A DNA stretch of 64,000 nt from Candidatus Amesbacteria bacterium GW2011_GWB1_47_19 (GCA_001002325.1 LCNZ01000006.1:130-64129); one strand, 5' to 3'. Positions 29,010 to 37,260 are shown, numbered from the stretch's first letter. Made by a program: numbers and translations. Notes: generated by a model not told the origin, from the letters alone.

Positions 29010-29696
29010 ATGAGAATCGATATTCTGACTTTGTTTCCCGAGCAGTTTGAGGGGGTGTTCAGTTACTCCATTATTAAAAGGGCTCAGGAAAAGGGATTGG
29101 CGGATATAAAACTGCATAATCTGAGAGACTGGGCGACGGATAAATATAAATCCGTTGATGACCGGCCGTACGGGGGAGGAGCGGGGATGATACTGCGAGT
29201 TGATGTAATTGACAAGGCAATAAAAAATATCAAAATTCAAAAACTAAAATTCAAATCAAATTCAAATCCCAAAACTCAAAAAGTAATATTGTTGGATGCG
29301 GGGGGAGATAAGTTTAACCAGAAAAAGGCAGAGGAGCTTTCCGGATGCGAGCATTTGATTATTATTTGCGGGCACTATGAGGGGGTGGATCACCGGGTAC
29401 ATGAGCACATCGCGCAAGAGGTGATTTCCGTCGGTGATTTCGTACTTTCCGGCGGAGAAATCCCGGCAATGATAATTGTAGATAGCGTAGTAAGGCTGAT
29501 ACCCGGAGTGCTGGGGAATCCCGAGTCGCTTTCTGAAGAGTCTTTTTCAGGAGTGACAAAGCAGCAAAGTAGCATAGTGACAGAGTACCCGCAGTATACC
29601 CGGCCGGAGAAATTTAAAGGCTGGAAAGTACCGGAGGTATTATTATCCGGAAACCATAAACAAATCAGAGAGTGGAGGGAGAATCCCCCAGGGTGA
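29010..29696 (+). CDS. trmD: tRNA (guanine37-N1)-methyltransferase
   Basis: [52 protein letters not shown] and [10 protein letters not shown] motifs. Confidence 0.97.
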   Translation: MRIDILTLFPEQFEGVFSYSIIKRAQEKGLADIKLHNLRDWATDKYKSVDDRPYGGGAGMILRVDVIDKAIKNIKIQKLKFKSNSNPKTQKVILLDAGGDKFNQKKAEELSGCEHLIIICGHYEGVDHRVHEHIAQEVISVGDFVLSGGEIPAMIIVDSVVRLIPGVLGNPESLSEESFSGVTKQQSSIVTEYPQYTRPEKFKGWKVPEVLLSGNHKQIREWRENPPG

Positions 29697-30249
29697 AGGT
29701 GCGCAGCCTTTGGTAGTGGCTACCGGCGCGGGAGAGAAAACTTTGGTAAAGAGCCAGGCTATCAACAGTAAATGCAGGCAGGGGAATAAATTCCCGGGTT
29801 CTTATCAGATCCATATATTTTTTAGTGGTAGTGGGATCAGTCCGCTTTAACCGGCCGATGGTCAAATGGGGCAGGAAGCGGCGGGGTTGGGGAAACGAGA
29901 GTTGAGATAGAGACAGAGAAAGAGATTTCTGCATCTGCCTGAGCTGTTTCAGGTCACCGGAAAAACCAATGTAAATAAGCGAATTGTCGTGGCGCTGATA
30001 GAGGGTTTCCAAAAACATCGGGGTAAGGGATAAGCCGGTACGGCTGCGGGCAAAGGCGGCCAGGTTCCGGATAACGGGAGTGAAATCATCATCGGCGACC
30101 CGGCCCAGGAAATTTAAGGTGATATGCAACTTTTCCCGGGGTTCCCAGTCGACGGGCAAATTCAGTGACTGCAGCTGTAACTGAAATTCACCCAGAGAGT
30201 CCAGAATAACCTGGGGAGGGGTGATGGCGATGAAAAGTCGGCGAGTCAA
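29665..30249 (-). CDS. thpR: RNA 2',3'-cyclic phosphodiesterase (2H phosphoesterase, LigT-like)
   Basis: RLFIAI plus two HxT motifs ([16 protein letters not shown]) and LYQS. Confidence 0.9.
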   Translation of the reverse strand: MTRRLFIAITPPQVILDSLGEFQLQLQSLNLPVDWEPREKLHITLNFLGRVADDDFTPVIRNLAAFARSRTGLSLTPMFLETLYQRHDNSLIYIGFSGDLKQLRQMQKSLSLSLSQLSFPQPRRFLPHLTIGRLKRTDPTTTKKYMDLIRTREFIPLPAFTVDSLALYQSFLSRAGSHYQRLRTFTLGDSPSTL

Positions 30250-30524
30250 GAATTTATCAACAGCGTGCCGAAGATCAGGACAGCCAGGAGGGCGATTAAA
30301 ATATATTCGGCAATAATTTTAATATGCAAATCCCGGTGGTCATAGTGATGAATTATACCCCAGACTACATACGAAACCCCCATACTGATGATAATGGCTA
30401 ACTGCATGCGGGGCTGGTGGGCATACCAGAACAAACCCCACAAGCCAATAACCTGTACACACAATAAGGTGAAGTAATGCAGGGGGTGACGGGAGAAATC
30501 TTTTTCAAAAATAATTCTATTCAT
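30246..30524 (-). CDS. small 3-TM membrane protein
   Basis: Three hydrophobic segments and YVVWGIIHH. Translationally coupled to both neighbours. Confidence 0.75.
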   Translation of the reverse strand: MNRIIFEKDFSRHPLHYFTLLCVQVIGLWGLFWYAHQPRMQLAIIISMGVSYVVWGIIHHYDHRDLHIKIIAEYILIALLAVLIFGTLLINS

Positions 30525-31363
30525 ATAATTTGGCCACGAATGAGAGTAATGGCAGCCAGGGCAACCACAGCCAGGAAAATAAAGTGGGCGAAACTTTTAC
30601 TGGTCCAGCGGACTAGCCGCCGACGGTTAACTATGACCACATCCAACAGCAGAACTGCTGCAAACAGTACCAGCAGACTGACGGAAAAAATTTTGGTCAA
30701 TGTAAAAGGTGAAGTGACCGGTGCGGATGTGGGCAGAACTTCCTGAGCTTTAACTGTAAAAGCCGAACCCACTGCCGCAGTCGCTGGAGCCTGCCCCAAA
30801 CGCGTACCGAACATCTGAACGACCAGAGTGGTTTCCCTCCCTCCTAAATTTCCGTCGGCCACAGCCACCCCCATATCCCGATAGCGGTTGGAAAGCATAT
30901 TTTCCCGGTGAGACGGTGAGTTCATCCAGGCTTGGACCACCGAGTCCGGATCCGAAAAATCCCGGGCCAGGTTTTCTCCGGCATAGCGGTAGGAGTAACC
31001 GGCGGCGGTTATAAAAGTCCAGGGCTGGGTTCCGGCAGGTGAGACGTGCGACCAATAATCCCGGGCAAACATATCCGCAGCTTTACGGGCGGCGGCGGCG
31101 GATAACTGCGGGTCCAGCTCCAGAGCCGGCAAGCCCTGGGACTGGCGCTGCTGATTGGTGAGTGTAAGTATCTGTACGGGTTGAATAACGGAGGCATAAC
31201 CCAAAATCCGGGGGTAACGGTAGGATATTTTTCCCACGGCCATCTGAAAAACCAGAACCAGTGACAGAACTACCAAAAGTGATGAAGGGTGGAGAATTTT
31301 TGCGCGCTGATTGTTAGTGTGATGCGGCAGAAAAAGATGCGTAATTACGGACATTAGCTCCAT
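30521..31363 (-). CDS. CAP/SCP domain membrane-anchored protein
   Basis: LTNQQR, AAARKAADM..YWSH, YAGENLA and AWMNSPSHRENML motifs, with N- and C-terminal TM helices. Confidence 0.9.
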   Translation of the reverse strand: MELMSVITHLFLPHHTNNQRAKILHPSSLLVVLSLVLVFQMAVGKISYRYPRILGYASVIQPVQILTLTNQQRQSQGLPALELDPQLSAAAARKAADMFARDYWSHVSPAGTQPWTFITAAGYSYRYAGENLARDFSDPDSVVQAWMNSPSHRENMLSNRYRDMGVAVADGNLGGRETTLVVQMFGTRLGQAPATAAVGSAFTVKAQEVLPTSAPVTSPFTLTKIFSVSLLVLFAAVLLLDVVIVNRRRLVRWTSKSFAHFIFLAVVALAAITLIRGQII

Positions 31364-31421
31364 TATTGGGACTATCTACATCAATGTCAATTGTGATGTA
31401 GTTTTTTGTATTTTGACCGGA

Positions 31422-31541
31422 TTGACAAAGTACCGGTTTCGAAATTATTCTTTATAGGCCGACCGCCAACGGAGGCGAGAAACATTTCCTCAATTTTTGC
31501 CTAGAGGTGTTTTTTGGGATTTTTCCACAGAAAGGAGGTGA
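31422..31541 (+). promoter_or_regulatory. sigma70-like promoter, conserved leader motif and strong RBS for the 194-aa repeat protein
   Basis: TTGACA 31422-27, TATTCT 31446-51, GACCGCCAACGGAGGC 31461-76, SD AAAGGAGGTGA 31531-41. Confidence 0.65.
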
Positions 31542-31547
31542 TAAAAA

Positions 31548-32132
31548 ATGAAGTTAATCAAGACTGCTTTAATTTCCGGAGTCTTCGCTGCTTTTGCGGT
31601 ATTACCGGTAATGGCTGATGAGGTGACCATCGCCGACAACGGAGCCAAATCGGATAATACTGTAAAAATCGTTGACGAATCCAGCACCGGCGTATTACAG
31701 GGAAATGCGACCATCGTAGTGACCGTGGCCGAGGTTAAAAGCGACAGCGGTGATAACACTGCCAGCAAAAATACCGGCGGTGACACTACGGTCAAAACCG
31801 GTGACGCGTCCTCTCTTTTGAAAGTAAGTGTGGAAGGCGGATCGAACGAAGCCTCTCTGCCTGAGCCCTGCGGTTGCCCGGATTCCAACGTGGTCAAAAT
31901 CAAAGATAACGGCTACAAATCCGACAACAAAGTCGTAATCAAGGACTCATCGTCAACTTTTGTCGGCCAGGGAAACCTGACTGGAGTACTGACGCTGGCC
32001 AAAGTTGCTTCCGATACCGGAGACAATAAAGCCAATGCCAATACCGGCGGTAATACAAAAATCAAGACCGGTAAAGCCAGTTCCACTTTGAAAGTCAAAG
32101 TGACCGGATCGTCCAATACCATCAATCCGTAG
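31548..32132 (+). CDS. secreted protein with 2 copies of the NG-x2-S-x-N...TGDA repeat (candidate fibre subunit)
   Basis: Signal peptide, then two ~85-aa units (NGAKSDN..QGN..SDSGDNTASKNTGG..TGDA; NGYKSDN..QGN..SDTGDNKANANTGG..TGKA) joined by CGC. Confidence 0.85.
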   Translation: MKLIKTALISGVFAAFAVLPVMADEVTIADNGAKSDNTVKIVDESSTGVLQGNATIVVTVAEVKSDSGDNTASKNTGGDTTVKTGDASSLLKVSVEGGSNEASLPEPCGCPDSNVVKIKDNGYKSDNKVVIKDSSSTFVGQGNLTGVLTLAKVASDTGDNKANANTGGNTKIKTGKASSTLKVKVTGSSNTINP

Positions 32133-32154
32133 CAATACTCGGGTTACGGAAAAT

Positions 32155-32184
32155 AAAAGCCCTGCCCATGGTAGGGCTTTTTTT
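32155..32184. terminator. intrinsic terminator (probably bidirectional)
   Basis: AAAAGCCCTGCC-CAT-GGTAGGGCTTTTTTT between convergent genes. Confidence 0.85.
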
Positions 32185-32186
32185 GA

Positions 32187-32819
32187 TCACAAGCGCACGG
32201 GTTTAGCCCTGACAATCAATCGTTTGGAATCCAAAAATCCGGAACAGGTGAAGAGAGTCAAAATTTCGTCGGTGGCCGGGGATATTACTTCCGTCTGGTC
32301 GGGAGACACCAACTTTGTGGTATCCACTGAATACCGGTACCATCGACCCGATGTCAGTAAATATATCCGGTCGCCGGTTTTAATATTTCTCAGGGACACA
32401 AATAACCCTTCCCGAGCGTGGGCGAAAATGACGGTATTTCCGGATTGGCCGGGATTGGCAGAGCCTACACCGTGAGAAGCAGATGTTTCTGACAACTCCC
32501 AATAACCGTTAATGACTTTGGCTTCCACCACCGGCAGGTCGATGTTGATGCCGGGGATTAGAATCCGGACGGGCGGTTGGGGCGGATCGACCGGGGATAA
32601 TAAGCCGGGATCAATGCGGATGGGGCCGGCAACCGCCGGGAGAGAAGGAGCCGGGGAAGGAGCAGGTGATATCCCGGGTGTAGTAACTGAGATAACCGGT
32701 GCCGAATCTACCCGGCGGTATAGTTGGGGGAAGAAAGCCAGAAGAACGCCGGTGACGATCAGACTGATTTTGACAGCTTTTCGGGGAAAACGCTGTAATA
32801 TTTGGCGCAAATTAAGCAT
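32187..32819 (-). CDS. sortase
   Basis: Start re-called to ATG32819 (MLNLRQ). N-terminal TM and catalytic triad VIFAHAR / LTLFTCSG / RLIVRA. Confidence 0.9.
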   Translation of the reverse strand: MLNLRQILQRFPRKAVKISLIVTGVLLAFFPQLYRRVDSAPVISVTTPGISPAPSPAPSLPAVAGPIRIDPGLLSPVDPPQPPVRILIPGINIDLPVVEAKVINGYWELSETSASHGVGSANPGQSGNTVIFAHAREGLFVSLRNIKTGDRIYLLTSGRWYRYSVDTTKLVSPDQTEVISPATDEILTLFTCSGFLDSKRLIVRAKPVRL

Positions 32820-33379
32820 AGCGCTCCAGCCAGATAAAAAGCGTATTCGGAAAATCCTGCGGGTCCAGCGGTAGCTGACAGGCCCAAAACCTGAGTACCC
32901 CCCGTCCCCCCTCCCCCATCTCCGGATGACGAGCCTCCGGATGAAGAAGGTGATGATGAACCGGTGTTGTTTTGGGGCAGGCTTCCCGGGTCCGGAACAG
33001 GTGTGGAAGTAGGGTTGACGGCCGATCCGGGATCGGGAGTGATCTCCGGTGCGGGAGTGGCACAGCAATCGGTTTTGACGAAATTGGTGTTGAAAAAGTT
33101 TTTGATATCCACCTCTGTAGTTGCATCCCCGGTTTGGATCACGGCGTTGCCGGAATTTCCCGAAGCGGAATTACCCCCGGTATTGGCTGATGATTTGATA
33201 TCGTTCACCACATCGATACTGTTTCCCTGCCGGACATTTATTGATGATCCCGACTGAACGACAATACTGTTTTCCGATCCGCCACCATTGCCGGTGATAG
33301 TCAGCTCCTGGGCAAAAACCAGGCGGGATATTCCGGAAAGAGTGAGAAGAAAAACTACAAAAATAATTATCCTTGGCAT
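32759..33379 (-). CDS. secreted single-repeat protein with putative sortase sorting signal
   Basis: Signal peptide, one repeat unit ending DCC, P/S/G linker, QVLGLSATAG, hydrophobic helix and basic residues. Confidence 0.8.
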   Translation of the reverse strand: MPRIIIFVVFLLTLSGISRLVFAQELTITGNGGGSENSIVVQSGSSINVRQGNSIDVVNDIKSSANTGGNSASGNSGNAVIQTGDATTEVDIKNFFNTNFVKTDCCATPAPEITPDPGSAVNPTSTPVPDPGSLPQNNTGSSSPSSSGGSSSGDGGGGTGGTQVLGLSATAGPAGFSEYAFYLAGALCLICAKYYSVFPEKLSKSV

Positions 33380-33416
33380 ATGTCCGGCAGGTCCTCGACC
33401 GGCTCGGGCAAGAAGT

Positions 33417-35624
33417 TCAGAGGGGCAAGCGGCGAAGTTTGAGTAGGCCGAGTATACCAGCGGCCGGAATGATTAGCAACAACCAAGCTAAATTGATATG
33501 AATTATTTTTCGACTCAATCCGGAGGGTGCGGGGGTAATGATCACATCCCGCAGATCTCCGGCAGTGAAACTGGCGATCAAGGCGTCGGGTTTGGATTCA
33601 CTGTCGATCGCGAAAACTCCGGGTTTCCTGCCCAGGAGGCGGCGAATACCGGATTTGATTGTGGCTGTTTGGCCGGGGTTGGAAGGAGTTTGTGATGTCA
33701 GGACAGAAATAGCCGGTGCGGTAGTGGGAGCAGATGACTCCTGTAAATCGGCCCCACCGACGGCCGGTTCAGACACGGGATTAGAAATATTTTCGGATTG
33801 AGCAGTGACCGGTAGATCCGGGTTCGGGGTTTTCTTTTGTCCGGATGTAACAAAGTCTCCCAGCCAACTGCCGAAGACGTTGACTACCGATACCACCAGC
33901 CGGCCGCCTCCTGTAATGTTGTTGTTGACGAAATTAACCAGATTGGCAATTATCTGGGCGTCTCCGGTAAGAATTCCGTTGGAACCACCGGTGTTGTAGC
34001 TGGCGGAATTTCCGCCGGTATTGGCGGAAAGCTGTAAATTGTTATTCAGATCGGCAGTATTGGTCTGGGTTGTGGTGTTGGTAGTAGCGGTATCCACATT
34101 GGTGGTGTTGACCGAGCCGGCGCCGTTGCCGCTGTTAACGGCTGTAATTTCACCGTTGGGGCCGACGGCGAATTGGGTACCGGGAGAACCGGCATAATTG
34201 GTGCCGTCGGGTGATCCGAAAATCTTTCCGATCCAGTTTCCGGCTTCATTAACCAGCACCAGCCACCAAGTACTCCCGGACACGTTGGAATTGGCCACGT
34301 TCAGAACGGAGGCGGTGACGGAAGTGTCTCCCGTGGAAATCAGGTTGTCCCCGCCGGTGTTACCGGTGGTCTGGTTGGAACCGGTATCGGCATCCAGGAC
34401 CAGATTGTTATCGATATTAGCCAGGTTGGACTGATAGGTAGAGTCGGTGACGGTTGTATTGACGTTGGCGGTATTGACCGAACCAGCCCCATTATCCGTG
34501 TTGGCGACGGTAACATTCTGACCGCAGCAGGGGCCGAATTGTTCCTCCGGGAAGACGATGTCCCCTATCAGATCACCGTAAATATTAATCACACCGTAAA
34601 CCACATTACCGGTAATATTGTTGTTGGCAAAAGTTAAAGCGCTGGCGGAAACATTGGCATCACCGGTAGTGATCAGGTTATCACCTCCGGTGTTGAAGTT
34701 TGTCTGATTTCCTCCGGAATCCGCAGACAAGATCAGGTTGTTACCTACAGTGGCATCATTATTCTGGAATGTCGTGTTAGTGGTACTGGCTGTCAGATCG
34801 GTAGTATTGGTTGAATCCGCTCCATTCCCTGTATTGGCCAGTGTGACATCATTCCCCCCGCAGCCGGATATACAATTGGCTGCGAAGTCCAGCACATAGT
34901 CTCCCTGATGATCGTCAACAATGTTAAATTCAGATACGCTGACTCCGGCGAGATTGGTGTTCACCGAGGTGATGGCCGTGCCCGAAACATTGGCATTACC
35001 GGTTTGAATAAGCGAATTACCCACATTCATCGAGGCGGAATTGTCGCCGGTATTACTGGTCTGGTTTAAGTCGTTGGATACTGAAACGGAATTATTCTGG
35101 GTGGTGGAATTGGTGTCGGAAATCTGCATCGAGCCGGTGTTGTCCGAGCCGGCGCCATTGCCGGTGTTGGATATACTTATGCCTCCCCCGGTACCGGTGG
35201 GAGTTACAGCCAGGTTGGTGTTGGCTTCGGAAATGACGATGCCCGAATTGTCGGCATCGCCGGTAGCGATGATGGTATCTCCAGTCTGTCCATTTTGTAC
35301 CACGCCATCAACCGGCGTAGGTGTCGGGTTTGAATCGGATGCGATTACAACCGGTGCGGTGGTAGGTGCGGGGTCGGAAACTGCAGAAGTAGGAGAGGGA
35401 TCAGCGGGAGCGGGGGCAATAGTCGGGGAAGCCTGGGTGATAGTCGGCTGGGGAACAGCCGTGGGTGCGGGAGGGGGGGTATCCGCCGGCGGAGGCGGCG
35501 GGGGGGGCGGGGGAGGAGGGGCTTCCTGAGCCCGGATCGGAAGGACCTGAACCAGCAAAATGCCGCAGAGAGCGACGACAGACAGCAGTTGCTGAACAAA
35601 TCTCAATTGCTTTTTTATTAACAT
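33417..35624 (-). CDS. large secreted repeat protein (4.5 units) with polyproline N-terminus and C-terminal TM anchor
   Basis: Signal peptide, Pro11 tract, repeated NGAGS-x-N..Q-x-N..TG-x-N..NTGG..TGDA units, Cys pairs, C-terminal LAWLLLIIPAAGILGLLKLRR. Confidence 0.85.
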   Translation of the reverse strand: MLIKKQLRFVQQLLSVVALCGILLVQVLPIRAQEAPPPPPPPPPPPADTPPPAPTAVPQPTITQASPTIAPAPADPSPTSAVSDPAPTTAPVVIASDSNPTPTPVDGVVQNGQTGDTIIATGDADNSGIVISEANTNLAVTPTGTGGGISISNTGNGAGSDNTGSMQISDTNSTTQNNSVSVSNDLNQTSNTGDNSASMNVGNSLIQTGNANVSGTAITSVNTNLAGVSVSEFNIVDDHQGDYVLDFAANCISGCGGNDVTLANTGNGADSTNTTDLTASTTNTTFQNNDATVGNNLILSADSGGNQTNFNTGGDNLITTGDANVSASALTFANNNITGNVVYGVINIYGDLIGDIVFPEEQFGPCCGQNVTVANTDNGAGSVNTANVNTTVTDSTYQSNLANIDNNLVLDADTGSNQTTGNTGGDNLISTGDTSVTASVLNVANSNVSGSTWWLVLVNEAGNWIGKIFGSPDGTNYAGSPGTQFAVGPNGEITAVNSGNGAGSVNTTNVDTATTNTTTQTNTADLNNNLQLSANTGGNSASYNTGGSNGILTGDAQIIANLVNFVNNNITGGGRLVVSVVNVFGSWLGDFVTSGQKKTPNPDLPVTAQSENISNPVSEPAVGGADLQESSAPTTAPAISVLTSQTPSNPGQTATIKSGIRRLLGRKPGVFAIDSESKPDALIASFTAGDLRDVIITPAPSGLSRKIIHINLAWLLLIIPAAGILGLLKLRRLPL

Positions 35625-35669
35625 TTTTTAAAAATTTATAATTTCTAATTACTAATTTCTAAATAATTT

Positions 35670-35729
35670 TTTTGAGTTTGCGAGGTGGTCTGTTGAAGTG
35701 CTAACAGACTCACCCCACAAACATCAAAA
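35670..35729 (-). promoter_or_regulatory. long intergenic stem-loop directly after the 418-aa gene (stabiliser or partial terminator)
   Basis: Minus-strand UUUUGA-U-GUUUGUGGGGUG-A-GUCUGUU/AACAGAC-CACCUCGCAAAC-UCAAAA. G-U pairs form only on the minus strand. Confidence 0.65.
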
Positions 35730-36986
35730 TTAGACTAAACCGAGCCAACCCATTAATTGACCCAGATTCAACGTGATGTTGAAATCGAAATCAAAATCGG
35801 ACCAGTTCGGTAATTCAGGCCAGTCAATGCCGGCACCTTCACCGTAAACGTTGACGTTACCGGAATTTTCTACAGCTACGTGATCCCAGGCATCACCTGT
35901 GAGTATTGCCGGATCTCCTTCCGGATCCCCGGTATTCTGATCAACATCGTTTTTGCCGGTATCAGAGTCGCCATCAAGGTAGTTTTTGAGGAGAGCAAAA
36001 TTGCCTGCCCCATCGTAACCTTGGTTAACCCACAAATCATTGCCCAATTTGGCGTAAATATCATTATCGGTTTCGGCTCCGTTCACACCGATCTTGGCGA
36101 GAAGATCGACTACACAACCACAATCAACGTCGGCTGAATTGAAGTTGACCATATTATCCACTTCAATCCAAGTCTTGGCGTTTCCGGTGTGAAGTAAAAC
36201 ATCACCTCCGGTATTCTGGTTGGCGTCGTTGTCGCCGGTATCGGCATCGGCATCAACTTCGTTGAATACTTTTGCTGAATTCTCCTGGTTCAGAGTTATG
36301 TCCTGATCCAGTTTGAGATAGATATCGTTGATGGATTTGTATCCGTTACCAACGATTTCAGCCGAAAGCTCTGAACCTGATTGGCCACCACTTCCAACCT
36401 GGACTTCGTTTGCGTTGGCGATAGTGGAGATTTCAACTTTGGCTTTGGCATTGCCGGTGGCTACCAGCACTTCACCCCCAGTATTCTGGTTGGCGTCGTT
36501 GTCGCCGGTATCGGCATCAGCATCTACATCATTCTTGACAAAAGCTTTGTTGTACTGATCAACATAAATGTCACCATAATCTTTGATCGTGGCGTCATTG
36601 TCTGTTTCAGCACCGTTTTCAGAAATGAGTATATGGGTATCCCCCAAGTCACAACAATCAACGCTGGCAATGTTGGAGTTTAAAAGGTTTGAAACCGCCA
36701 CTTTGGTGGAGGCATCACCTGTTAAAACACCCACGCTACCCCCGGTATTCTGATTTGCATCGTTATTCCCGGTATCGGCGTCGCTTTCAACTTTGTTGAT
36801 GACGATAGCTGTATTTTCCTGGTAAACCGTAGTGTCACCAGTAAACTTGACAGTTGCATCGTTTGTGGAGTTATACCCGTTTCCCGTTATTTCGATTGTG
36901 GTTTCAGCCAGTGCGGGAGTTACCAAGCTTAGAAACATGGTACCCGCAGAAGCTGCAGCCAACAATCTTTTTGAAAATTTTGTCAT
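35730..36986 (-). CDS. secreted acidic protein with 4 repeat units (candidate major fibre subunit)
   Basis: Signal peptide, four units with DADTG[DN]NDANQNTGG..TG[DN]A-type cores, DCC/DCGC after units 1 and 3, strong SD. Confidence 0.85.
   Translation of the reverse strand: MTKFSKRLLAAASAGTMFLSLVTPALAETTIEITGNGYNSTNDATVKFTGDTTVYQENTAIVINKVESDADTGNNDANQNTGGSVGVLTGDASTKVAVSNLLNSNIASVDCCDLGDTHILISENGAETDNDATIKDYGDIYVDQYNKAFVKNDVDADADTGDNDANQNTGGEVLVATGNAKAKVEISTIANANEVQVGSGGQSGSELSAEIVGNGYKSINDIYLKLDQDITLNQENSAKVFNEVDADADTGDNDANQNTGGDVLLHTGNAKTWIEVDNMVNFNSADVDCGCVVDLLAKIGVNGAETDNDIYAKLGNDLWVNQGYDGAGNFALLKNYLDGDSDTGKNDVDQNTGDPEGDPAILTGDAWDHVAVENSGNVNVYGEGAGIDWPELPNWSDFDFDFNITLNLGQLMGWLGLV
36211..36518. 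repeat. identical 38-bp intragenic repeat (36211-36248 and 36481-36518), 270-bp spacing
   Basis: GTATTCTGGTTGGCGTCGTTGTCGCCGGTATCGGCATC occurs twice and encodes DADTGDNDANQNT. Confidence 0.85.
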
Positions 36987-36996
36987 TTGTATTTTC

Positions 36997-37260
36997 TCAC
37001 CTCCTTTCGGTTTATGATTTTCCCCTTTGATAAACTCCGGGGAAGCACTTCGACTCCTCCAAATAAACGGAGGCCTCTTTTTCCTTCCGCCAGTTGGCGG
37101 GAAGACTAAGAAGCCTCCGTTTGCGGTCAGCTTTAATTTTTTAAAGTCGAGAGTCGTAACTTCTAAATCCGGGGCAGTTGATTCAGATTATGAAGTTTTT
37201 AACGCTTTTATATTTTGAATTATCTTATAATTGTTTAGTATATACCGGACCGTTTGTCAA
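36997..37260 (-). promoter_or_regulatory. structured 5' leader with strong RBS for the 418-aa gene
   Basis: Minus-strand TTGACA at 37255-60, GACCGCAAACGGAGGC at 37113-28, nested hairpin 37065-37122, SD AAAGGAGGTGA at 36997-37007. Confidence 0.6.

Noticed and set aside
28947-29240. 97-aa minus-strand ORF over the trmD start
   Set aside because: It is antisense to trmD, and its tail is simply the translated palindrome.
32820-33068. N-terminal 83-aa extension of the sortase ORF
   Set aside because: It overlaps the 206-aa gene in another frame. ATG32819 gives a normal sortase with an N-terminal TM.
31548-36986. Calling the repeat proteins curlin (CsgA), FapC, RTX or ice-nucleation proteins
   Set aside because: Unit length (~85 aa) and consensus differ from those families, and no csg/fap/T1SS genes are present in the window.
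37000-37260. Assignment of the leader to a known riboswitch (c-di-GMP, c-di-AMP/ydaO, T-box)
   Set aside because: Diagnostic conserved motifs were not found by eye. Kept only as an unclassified structured leader.
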